Under the pieces are notes generated by a model. It made no database searches and was not told the DNA's origin. It worked only from the letters and a program-made list of their open reading frames with translations. The position numbers were made by a program, and so were the translations under genes. DNA of 64,000 nt from Cyanidioschyzon merolae (taxonomy: Eukaryota), in NCBI GenBank assembly GCA_000091205.1, contig AP006499.2; one strand, 5' to 3'. Every line of letters begins with the position of its first letter. Positions within the stretch are counted from its first letter, which is position 1. This document shows, in pieces, positions 11,932 through 20,973 of this stretch.

Positions 11932-12852
11932 CTATCGATTCGCTTGGTACGTATGCCGCATTTGCTTCGTCTCCGGCGCTTGGAGATCTTGTGCGGAGGG
12001 AGAGCGTTTCAATCCTCTGGCAAAAGCACTTCGGATATCAAGGCCGGGTTTTTTTCCGGGCTCATCGCGTCGAGGCTCTATCAATGACGGACCTTCGTTC
12101 TTGACGGAAGACACTGTATTCGATACAGGGTGCCAAACGATTTGCTCAGTCGGCTGCAGACAACGATGCACCGCCACACGAGCAGGCACCTGCTCAACGT
12201 CGAGCCATGCCTGGAGCTGATCCTCGGTTTCCAAAAGTGCCGGCATGCGGTTATGCATCCACTGAATTTTGTCGCTGGCTGCGACAGTAAAAATCGCAAA
12301 TCGATTCATCTCTGTCTCCTCAACGAACAAGGCGGCCATAAACAACGGTCGGTCGATCATGTCGTGCGCGTTCCGAGGCGCCAAGTGGTCCTTGCTCTCT
12401 CTCTTTGTAACACCGTGATAGATAAAATAGGGTATTCGGGATGCTTTCGTCATTGTTTTGATTTTACCCACGTCCTGTTGCTCACCAGGGGCATCTGCAG
12501 CGCTCCACTCGTAAAACCCGTTCGCAATAACCACAGCGCGCTGACCTGCATCTAACGCTGACCGGAAGCTCGCCTTTTCAAGAGCAGTCTCCGCCCGCAC
12601 GTTGATGACGATTGGAGGGCTCTCACCCTTACCAAAAGTTCGCCCACGAATCGGAAACGCCCAGCGCATTGGTTGCAGAACACGCTCGCCTGAAACAGTG
12701 CGCAGCAGTGGTACCGTTTGCTGCGGAGCTACATTGTAGCGCGGCTGGTAGTGGTAGCGCTTTTCCTGGTCCTTCGCGTCAGCCCAGCGAGTTGTTCCAG
12801 CAACTCGTTCAAGCTGTTCTCGAGAGTAGTACAGCGCGAAGCGTCCGCACAT
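11932..12852 (-). CDS. SRAP-domain protein (HMCES / YedK family abasic-site DNA-protein crosslinking peptidase)
   Basis: 306-aa ORF with ATG start. It begins MCGRFALYY (catalytic Cys2 directly after the initiator Met), followed by the SRAP hallmarks YNVAPQQTVPLL and a conserved His in the C-terminal half. Confidence 0.75.
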   Translation of the reverse strand: MCGRFALYYSREQLERVAGTTRWADAKDQEKRYHYQPRYNVAPQQTVPLLRTVSGERVLQPMRWAFPIRGRTFGKGESPPIVINVRAETALEKASFRSALDAGQRAVVIANGFYEWSAADAPGEQQDVGKIKTMTKASRIPYFIYHGVTKRESKDHLAPRNAHDMIDRPLFMAALFVEETEMNRFAIFTVAASDKIQWMHNRMPALLETEDQLQAWLDVEQVPARVAVHRCLQPTEQIVWHPVSNTVSSVKNEGPSLIEPRRDEPGKKPGLDIRSAFARGLKRSPSAQDLQAPETKQMRHTYQANR

Positions 12853-12957
12853 GCACGCGAGCAGCGCTTTTTAAAAGCACTGCGAAGCAAGGCGCCTCCA
12901 GCACACGCCTAGGCACGAACGGAGACAGCGTCGCGGAGATACGCGCATCACACGGCT

Positions 12958-12995
12958 GTGCGTGCGTGCGTGCGTGCATGCGTGCGTGCACGCCA
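12958..12995. repeat. (GCGT)n / GCATGCGT alternating purine-pyrimidine microsatellite in the SRAP/ArgD intergenic region
   Basis: gcgtgcgtgcgtgcgtgcatgcgtgcgtgcacgcc. Related tracts occur at about 15046-15090 and, as the reverse complement (ACGC)8, at about 42186-42217. Confidence 0.85.
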
Positions 12996-13165
12996 GAACC
13001 CTGCCAGATCTCCAAATGGCGCAAGGCGCACGCTGCGCGGCCACCGCCGCCATAGCACTCAACGGATCGTATGGAATCGGGCAATACGCGGCAATACGCT
13101 TTCGCCATACACATCGCGCATTCACTCGCAAAGATCTTTGCAGTAACTGGCAATCCCTTGCAGCC

Positions 13166-14638
13166 ATGAGGACGATTCACGAGCGTAAGGATGGAACGTT
13201 TATGACACCTGCTTTCATCAGCAGCTCTCATGTATTCCTGTCGGATCCTTGCTTTTGGTCGAGTGGAAGGGTTTCAGGGAGACGGCACCGCAACGCAGTC
13301 TACTCGAAGCCCCAAAGTGGCACGGTCCGCCTGCCAACCCGCCTCGTGCTCGAAGACGCGCCGAGTCGGGAGAAGACTACCCAGTTTGATCGCGCTGAGT
13401 TTGATCGCTATGTTCAAAATACGTATGCGCGGTATCCGCTGACCCTGGTGAGTGGCCGCGGCTCAAAAGTCGTCGACGACAACGGGCGAACGTACATCGA
13501 CTGTGTGGCGGGAATCGCGACTTGCTCCCTAGGCCACGCAGATCCGAGGCTTGTTTCTGCAGTGTCGGACCAAATTCGTCGCCTACATCATGTGTCGAAC
13601 TTGTATTATACAGTAGAGCAGGCAAGTTTAGCCAAGTGGCTTGTTGAGCACTCCTGCGGCGACCGCGTGTTCTTCTGTAACTCGGGCGCTGAGGCCAACG
13701 AGGCAGCGCTCAAGCTGGTACGGAAGTACGCGCACACCCAACTCGGTTTGGATGTGCCGGTGGTGGTCACGGCGATGAACAGCTTCCACGGTCGAACGCT
13801 GGCGACCATCACTGCAACAGGTCAGCCGAAGTACCAGCGCGGCTTCGAACCGTTGATGCCGGGATTTCGATACGTTCCCTACAACGACGTAGCTGCACTG
13901 GAACGCGTTGTCAACGAGCTAGAGCAGATGCGGAACTCTTGGTGGCGACGGATCCAAGGTGCACCTCGAACTGGCTTGGCAGCGATTATGCTGGAGGCGT
14001 TGCAAGGCGAAGGGGGCGTCATGCCAGGAGACCGAGCCTTTTTCGCTGCTGCTCAGCGCATTTGTGAACGAACTGGTGCATTGCTGGTGCTCGATGAGGT
14101 ACAGGTTGGCATGGGGCGGACAGGTAAGCTCTTTGGCTTCGAGAATCTCTCCATACAGCCGGACATCTTCACGCTCGCCAAGGGACTTGGCGGCGGAATA
14201 CCTATCGGGGCCATGATCTGCAATGCCCGCTTGCGCGATATCCTGCAACCTGGCGAGCACGCCTCGACCTTTGGCGGGAATCCGCTGGCCTGTCGTGCGG
14301 GTCTCGTGGTCACTAGGGCGCTGGTCGAGGACAATGTGCTGGAGAATGTACGCGCTCGCGGCGCTCAGCTTCGTAACACGCTCGAGTCCCTGGCTCGTGC
14401 GTACCCTTCGGTGGTGCGCGAGACTCGTGGCTGGGGCCTCATTCAAGGACTAGAGTTTCACGAGCCGTGCTCACCACAATTTGTCCAAGCTGCGATGCGT
14501 GAGGGCGTCCTGCTAGTGCCAGCAGGCCCGCGTGTTGTTCGCTTCGTACCACCCCTGACGATAACGGAAAGCGAGCTCGAAGAAGCCATTCAGGCGACGC
14601 GGCGAGCTTTTCGAAATCTATTCGGATCCGAGTCCTGA
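13166..14638 (+). CDS. acetylornithine aminotransferase (class III PLP aminotransferase, ArgD/Arg8) with an N-terminal extension
   Basis: ORF 12962..14638. The conserved domain starts near FDRYVQNTYARYPLTLVSGRGSKVVDDNGRTYIDCVAGIATCSLGH and continues with CNSGAEANEAALKLVRKY, the LVLDEVQVGMGRTGKLF PLP-lysine region and STFGGNPLAC. The start is uncertain. The track start lies inside the (GCGT)n tract. In-frame ATGs are at 13016 and 13166. I chose 13166 (MRTIHERKDG). About 60-75 aa precede the conserved domain, which fits an organellar transit peptide. Confidence 0.75.
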   Translation: MRTIHERKDGTFMTPAFISSSHVFLSDPCFWSSGRVSGRRHRNAVYSKPQSGTVRLPTRLVLEDAPSREKTTQFDRAEFDRYVQNTYARYPLTLVSGRGSKVVDDNGRTYIDCVAGIATCSLGHADPRLVSAVSDQIRRLHHVSNLYYTVEQASLAKWLVEHSCGDRVFFCNSGAEANEAALKLVRKYAHTQLGLDVPVVVTAMNSFHGRTLATITATGQPKYQRGFEPLMPGFRYVPYNDVAALERVVNELEQMRNSWWRRIQGAPRTGLAAIMLEALQGEGGVMPGDRAFFAAAQRICERTGALLVLDEVQVGMGRTGKLFGFENLSIQPDIFTLAKGLGGGIPIGAMICNARLRDILQPGEHASTFGGNPLACRAGLVVTRALVEDNVLENVRARGAQLRNTLESLARAYPSVVRETRGWGLIQGLEFHEPCSPQFVQAAMREGVLLVPAGPRVVRFVPPLTITESELEEAIQATRRAFRNLFGSES

Positions 14639-16732
14639 ACTCCGGAATGGTTCGATTCAGTAGACGGGATATACCATTGTTCGCCGTCAGAGCTGCAGCG
14701 CGCTTCGTGGTGTACCAACGCCGACACCGGTGCGTCCCATGCGCGCGCGCAACGCAGCGCGCAGACTGCTATGCAAACGAGCAAACTCCCGATTCTGGGC
14801 CCGCAGCGTTTCGATCTCCCGGCAGAGCTGAGGGAGGATCCAGCGTTCGATGAACAGACACTCTGTACGATATCTCTGAGCGACCGCGCGCCAGTAGAAC
14901 AGCTCTGTAGAATTTGTTTGGCATCTCGAACAAGACAGCTCCATGGCGGATCCGTGTAAACCACCAGTTGCACTTTGGTCAAACGCCGTCGTCGAAACGC
15001 GTGTTGCTGCAACTGCGGCCTGCCGTCTGTGATGACACGGATCTGGATCCGTGAAGCATGCGTGCATGCGTGCACGCACGTATACGTACATAAATGTATA
15101 GATTCTGACGTGCGTGGCAGTCATCCATTCACAGATGCACCTGCACGCATACGTGCATACACGTACTCACTCATGCGTTCAAGCATGCCCGCCGCGCAAC
15201 ATTCCCCCAGTGCCTGTGCTCAAAACGAACCCATGTTGGTAAAGACAACATTCTTTGTCATTCGCTCTGTTTCGCCGGGGATCCTCGCACGTCACCTTTG
15301 CAAGAAACCGTCGATGTTTGACAGTGCCCACGAGACCATGTCTCTGGATGCTGCACCAGTAACCGCAGTGATGTTAACGTTGGCCAGTCGCCCGACAAAC
15401 CGCAGATGCGCTTCTCGGTTCGTCCGTACCGTACATTTCCGTTTCATGCGTGCAGCCTATCCCTTGCGTTATTGCCGGAGACGATCCTTTTTATCAGGAG
15501 AGCCGTTCGCATCCATTCACAAGCGCATGCCCAACGCAATCTGCGTTCGCGTTCTGTTCATGATGAACACGCGCTTCGGGCTGGGACCGCGCGGCGCCTG
15601 GGGGTTGCGCTTAACGTTCACGTTCTGCTAATCGCCGCTAATCGCAGGATTCGGACGGATGCGGGCACCACCATGGCAATGGAACATCGCTCGCTCGTCG
15701 TATACGGTAGCAAAACATCACCACTGAATTGCTTGCTTCGGAGCGAAAGAATTTGTTTTGACGTCCGAATTCGCCAGAAGGTGCCATTTAGAACATGTAA
15801 GCGACTATGTCACTGTAAACACCACGATACCACAAACCCTGTGAGATCCGAGCAAGTTCGCTGCCTCCTATACGTGTCTTTGGGTGCGCTCATGGCTCAT
15901 TGTCGGCCTCCGCGTGCAGGGCGGTCACAGAGCAAGATTCGAAGCAGCACCAGTGGCATTCGACTGAGCGTAACAAACCACGATATGCTTCCGTCCGTCC
16001 GGGAATGGTGAGGCTCTGGCCCCACTTCGCAATGCAAGGTGCAGGAAACCAACGGAGGAACGGAGCTCGCGCGCCAGCAAGAATTAGTTCTCCACATGAG
16101 CCTCCAGGCGTTCGCTGTGTTTTTTGTCGAGTCCATGGGACTTCGGCCACCGGTTGAAAGTATCGGGTGAAGGCAACGCTTAACGTGCACCATGATCGGA
16201 GATATCGTACATAATTTGGAGGTTTGCATCGTTTTCAAGCGGGTGCCTTTGAAGCGAGCGCTATCAACAGCCAGTAACGTGGCCAGCGGCAGCTCAGATA
16301 ATCTCCCGGGTGCCTGGTGCTGTTCGGGGAACCCACAGCACCGGGTTTCATCAGCACATTGTGGCCGTCGTCGAGAGACCAAGCAGCGGCACCAGTCCAG
16401 ACACGGCCGCAAGTAGCCGAGTCCGCGCTGCGCACACGCAACCGCACTCGTTCGGGCATTGACGGGCGACTCGGGATGCGTATGGCAACCAGCGAGCTCC
16501 TCCTCGGGCTGCGTACTTGCTTGCACTGTCAAAGAGTTCCCTCAGAGCGCCATGACATTTTGAAGACTGTGTGTATGTGAATGTGTGTGTGTGCTGAATG
16601 AGAGGCACGCATCGGTGGCCTCTCGGCGCACAAAGCAACCAAACGATGCATCCATGTTCTCGCCGCGAAGAGACGCGTCACCCAATGCAGCGCTATGATT
16701 GGGCATGTTTCAAAGACAACGCACTGACTGCT

Positions 16733-17476
16733 TCACCTCTGCTCTCTCGATAACTCCATGAGACGCTGAGTCGTTTGTGGAAAGGTTGGGCGCTCATCGT
16801 CAACTGCGATCCGAGTCGCCTCACCAGGCGATGCGCAGAAGAATGTCTGCCAAGGTTCTGGAAAGACTCGGAAAAGCAAACCATTTGGTAAGGGCTTCAA
16901 GTAGTATATGGGCTCAAATTGCTCAAGATAACGCTTGCGCAGGGCAGTTAGCCGTGGATAAAACAGAGGTGGATAGTAGTTGCTTCGGAGGCGGTCCATG
17001 TTTCCATTTAGGACGACGATGCTTGCGTCGGGATACAACAACGCTGGTCGCTCCAGTTGTAGCCATTCGTCTATGTTAAACCCGGGCTGGACGACGAACA
17101 CAAGTGCTGGCGCCTCGACCTGTTGCAGGAACGCCGGCCTCTCGTACAGCGGCAGTGCTGAGAGCGTGAACGTATGCTCACTGCTTCCATAGACTTTTTC
17201 CGCTATTTTGGCCTCGGCCACGTCCGGAAACACCAAGTGCAGGCGCTTGCGAAATGAAGCTGCGAAAGGTTTGATGATTTCCCGCGCGTGCGAAGTATTG
17301 GCGTCTAGGATCCTCGACAAGGCAGCTGTGGTGTCCCGAACTGCTGGAAAAGAAACTTCATAAAGCGCCGGCGAGCGCGTTTTGGTTTCAGTAGCCTTCG
17401 ACAGCGCATTCTGAACCTGCCTATGCAATGATGCAGTGTCCTTCGGTAAACTTGTGTATTGACAAACCAGAAACAT
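16733..17476 (-). CDS. conserved hypothetical protein (unrecognised family)
   Basis: 378-aa ORF 16733..17869 whose track start is GTG. The first ATG gives a 247-aa product, MFLVCQYTS...NIDEWLQLERPALLYPDASIVVLNGNMDRLRSNYYPPLFYPRLTALRKRYLEQFEPIYYLKP. The long clean frame and non-repetitive composition support a real gene. No family assigned. Confidence 0.35.
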   Translation of the reverse strand: MFLVCQYTSLPKDTASLHRQVQNALSKATETKTRSPALYEVSFPAVRDTTAALSRILDANTSHAREIIKPFAASFRKRLHLVFPDVAEAKIAEKVYGSSEHTFTLSALPLYERPAFLQQVEAPALVFVVQPGFNIDEWLQLERPALLYPDASIVVLNGNMDRLRSNYYPPLFYPRLTALRKRYLEQFEPIYYLKPLPNGLLFRVFPEPWQTFFCASPGEATRIAVDDERPTFPQTTQRLMELSREQR

Positions 17477-17979
17477 CAAGCGGCGGGAAACGCGTCCGCC
17501 ATGAAGCGCTCGAGGTTTGCGCGCTGCAGGCGCAGATCCAGCGCGTCGGGGCCAGGTGCGCTGCGGCCACGACACGTAGGTGTCCTTAAAATCTAATTTA
17601 ATACAATTGTATCCAATATCCCTTTCCACTGCGAATCGCCATGCGCCGCACCGTACACAACGGATGCAGGCCAATGACTGCGTATCGGTTACGCAGGGTA
17701 TCTCGAGCAGCGCGTGCTTCAACGCAAAGTGTGTTTCCCAGTACTTGGTGCCGTCTGAGGCACTCGAGCGTATAGTAGGTGCCCGCGAGACGCTGTATGC
17801 GCTGTGTTTCGTGGTGAAGGGCTGGTTAACGGCCTTGATAGACGTTCTCACTGTCTGCTGGTTTCGCACGAGCGCATCGAGTCGGCAGGTGGCCAGGAGC
17901 GCGGCAGCCGGAGCTTCACTCGCGAAGATGCAGCGCGGTTACCTGTTCTGGAGATAGGGGGACGTCCAGGAACAACAGA

Positions 17980-19536
17980 ATGTCGCGTATGGACCGGGCA
18001 GCGCCGCAGCTCGTCGGAGCACCAACGGAACAGTCACAAGGGGGCGACGGAGATTGGAAGAAGAATCTATCCGGCAAACTGCAAGAGGCGGGTCCTTGCT
18101 ATGCTCGACTTTTGGGCAGCTCTGAGCGATGCCTGTGGCACTATGAACTGCTGGGAACACCGGGCGCAGCTGCAACGGTCGTACTCCTCCCAGACCACCT
18201 GAACGGGGCAGCGGGGCTCCGTGCACTCGCCTCGGTCGTTGCTCGCTGCGGATATAGAGTTTTGCTTTTAGACTGGCCTGAGCATGTGCATACGGTGGAG
18301 GCTTTTATTAAGAGTCTCGAGAAGCTGCTGGAAGTCCTGGCTGCGGCGGATGCGGTATGTAGAAGCGCGCACTTTCTTGGTGTCGGCCTGGGGGCTCTTC
18401 TTGCGCTATCTTTCGCTCAGCATTGCCCAGACCTTGTTGCGTCTCTCATGCTTGCTGGGGTACTTTGGCGACGCCAGACTCTATCGAGACTGCTTTCGCC
18501 GTGGTCCTTGGCTGGTCGAGTTTGCGCAGCCAACAGCTTGCTACCTCGCTGCATTTTCGAGGAGCCTCTCCTCGAGTCTGGGCTGCTAACCTTTGCCAGT
18601 ACAACGGAGCGTCTCCAAATGCAGCTGCTCATAAGGGAACGCATACGGCAGTCGACCAGAGGAAGCCTCTGTACGCGCTTGTGCCTGATGCGCTCAGGCA
18701 AGGACCCAGGGACGATTCGCTTGCCCGAGTCACGAATATCGCTGATCACGTGTCTGCCGCGCAGTTGGGATGCGGTTTATTTTGCCTCTTCATCAGGTCT
18801 GGGTCGGTCACAGAACCTGCGTTGGCCCTTCACCGATACGAAACTCCAGCACAGGGTACTGCAGTCGCCGTGGGTGCAAAGCTACGAGGAGACAACCCCA
18901 GTCGACGGAACCCACGCTGGTGGCCTCCTGAGACGTGCTTTTTGTGCTTACTGGAGATCCTGGCGACTCGGCAGCGGCGACCGAGATTCTGCAGCGCATC
19001 CAGGACATGGACCTGACACAGCAGCGTTCTTGCTCCTGTTTCCCCGAGCCCGCCGTGCGTATCTGAAAGGCGCTTTTACGAACTATCCTTTCCTGTGGTC
19101 CGCAGATGCCTTTATTCTGCATGTGCTGGTGCATCTACGTCGCCAACTGGATCCACCGCAGCAGTTGCTTCTGCTGCAGCGGTACCGATCTCTCCCTTTG
19201 GGGCATCTTAATACGATACCAGAAAAAACGGATGCAGCTCCCATGAGACCACTGATGCACCAACAGACGAGCGTTTCAAACGCGAACGCGGAACCTAACC
19301 ACGACACGAGATCATCGGACTGGAACCACGAAGACTTTATCAGGATCGTCAGCCCCGCGTCAGCCACAACCTCCTGGGCGACCGTTTACGCTTCAGCTGG
19401 CTCGACGACGCTCACGGATGTCACCCAAGATATTTGGTCTGAGGATGCCAACGAGACAGAGGTTTCATCGAGCTGTGAGTCCACCTGCTCCACCACCAGT
19501 CGCGATGTACGCATCATGCGAGACGCTCTAGCGTAG
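17980..19536 (+). CDS. maspardin (SPG21/ACP33)-like alpha/beta-hydrolase-fold protein
   Basis: ATG at 17980. ATVVLLPDHLNGAAGLRALASVVARCGYRVLLLDWPEH...FIKSLEKLLEVL...AHFLGVGLGALLALSFAQHCPDLVASLMLAGVLW parallels maspardin IFLPPVSGTADVFF..GYRVIALQYPVYW..F..LLDHL...HLFGASLGGFLAQKFA...V.SLIL. RRAYLKGAFTNYPFLWSADAFILHVLVHL parallels [28 protein letters not shown]. The GxSxG serine is replaced (GVGLG). A low-complexity C-terminal extension brings it to 518 aa. Confidence 0.6.
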   Translation: MSRMDRAAPQLVGAPTEQSQGGDGDWKKNLSGKLQEAGPCYARLLGSSERCLWHYELLGTPGAAATVVLLPDHLNGAAGLRALASVVARCGYRVLLLDWPEHVHTVEAFIKSLEKLLEVLAAADAVCRSAHFLGVGLGALLALSFAQHCPDLVASLMLAGVLWRRQTLSRLLSPWSLAGRVCAANSLLPRCIFEEPLLESGLLTFASTTERLQMQLLIRERIRQSTRGSLCTRLCLMRSGKDPGTIRLPESRISLITCLPRSWDAVYFASSSGLGRSQNLRWPFTDTKLQHRVLQSPWVQSYEETTPVDGTHAGGLLRRAFCAYWRSWRLGSGDRDSAAHPGHGPDTAAFLLLFPRARRAYLKGAFTNYPFLWSADAFILHVLVHLRRQLDPPQQLLLLQRYRSLPLGHLNTIPEKTDAAPMRPLMHQQTSVSNANAEPNHDTRSSDWNHEDFIRIVSPASATTSWATVYASAGSTTLTDVTQDIWSEDANETEVSSSCESTCSTTSRDVRIMRDALA

Positions 19537-20973
19537 ATGTCTGGAAAGGACTCTGCTTTCACGTGCTTCTGTTTAGATGGCGACAACGATCCAAGCGGTC
19601 CCGCATAGCAAAATCCAGCTAAAGACGCTTCGCCCCTGTTTCATCGTCTAGATGGTGCATCTTGTGCTCGAATCCGAGCTGCTAGAGGTTTCGTCTTGAA
19701 GAAACGGAATCTGCTTCGGGGTTTAGCGCAGGATCCGAGAGCGCCCTTTGAAAGGGTGCGCGGTGCCCGTGATGGGCCTCATCGCTCATCTGTTCTCGGC
19801 AGACGATGCCGCGAAAGCAGCTTGAACCGGGAAGGTTCCCCGGGTAAGCACGCCATCCTCCAGAGCTCTTACGAAATACTCGAACAATTCCCGATACCTT
19901 TTCTCAAAGACATGTGATTTCGCTTGAATTGGTTATACCTGGAATGCCCTCAGTGTTTAAAGCGTACGCGTGTCGAGTCCTGTCGCAAGTACCAGCCCGG
20001 CCCCTGATATCGCAATCTGTTCCAGATGAATTGGGTCTGCATCCTGATGATGCACAGTCTTTCTGTGCTGGAGTGTATCCCTGGCGTCATGCCTGGATCA
20101 TAAGCGCATTCTAGTCCTGCAGAACAGTTCCATGGGCGGCAGTTTCTCTGGCACTGAGGCATTTCAGGTAGCCTGCGAGATGCCCCAACTGCTATTCCTT
20201 TTGCTGGAATCGAAACGCCGTGGAACAGTCTTTTTCGATTCATTCTGCAGGGAAGCTTGCTCGTAGTCGCTTCAGGGTGCACCAATACTGACGTCATGCG
20301 TAACCTGGCAGCGAATCACCCGAAAACATTTGAGTCACCAAAGCGTCTTTCTGTGTTCGAGCTCCAGTACGAACGGTGCGCTCTGGTAGCTCCAAACGTG
20401 ACACGAGTCCCTGGTGCTTCGCAGCGCCTCCGATAACTCGTTGACCGCAATAAACTATGTAACAGCGAGGAACGCGCCTCGCTTCGGAGGTATTCACAGA
20501 AGCAGCTCGAGGAGCCCCGGGTCCGGGTCCGGCTTTGCGATATCACGGCAACTGCATCGTGATCCTTGCCTCTACTCGAACACAACCCTTTTCCCAGGTA
20601 CGATTCAATGTAACTATCAAGACCTCGGTTGCGACCCAGACTTGAGTATGAAAGTGCCTGCGGGTGCAAGTATATGCGCCTGGTTGACGTTGTTCCCAGC
20701 GCACCGTACTGCCTCCTCGACAAAAGCGTGCTTCAAGGGTCTCGAGCCAAGTGCCGGTGGCGTCTCAGACTGGAGATAGCCATCGCGCTGTTAGGGATCC
20801 CGACTCAGACGCACCCAACCCAAAGCCTACAGACACCGAACTAGTGGCGCCCGAACGCAACAACGAGGATCTTTGGTACCTCGGGTCGACGCGCTTGCAC
20901 CGCCCAAGAGAGGGCCGCAAGCCTGGCAACTGCGTTTCTTCCCGTCTGTGCGCGATCAGGTTTCGAGCTGTGC

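Noticed and set aside
12962-13165. ORF-track start of the ArgD gene at 12962 (and similar first-codon 'M's at 833, 26877, 33756, 30657, 38854, 47543)
   Set aside because: Checked against the DNA. These first codons are TTG or GTG (the track uses bacterial alternative starts). In a eukaryote the first in-frame ATG is the appropriate start, so the coordinates were moved accordingly.
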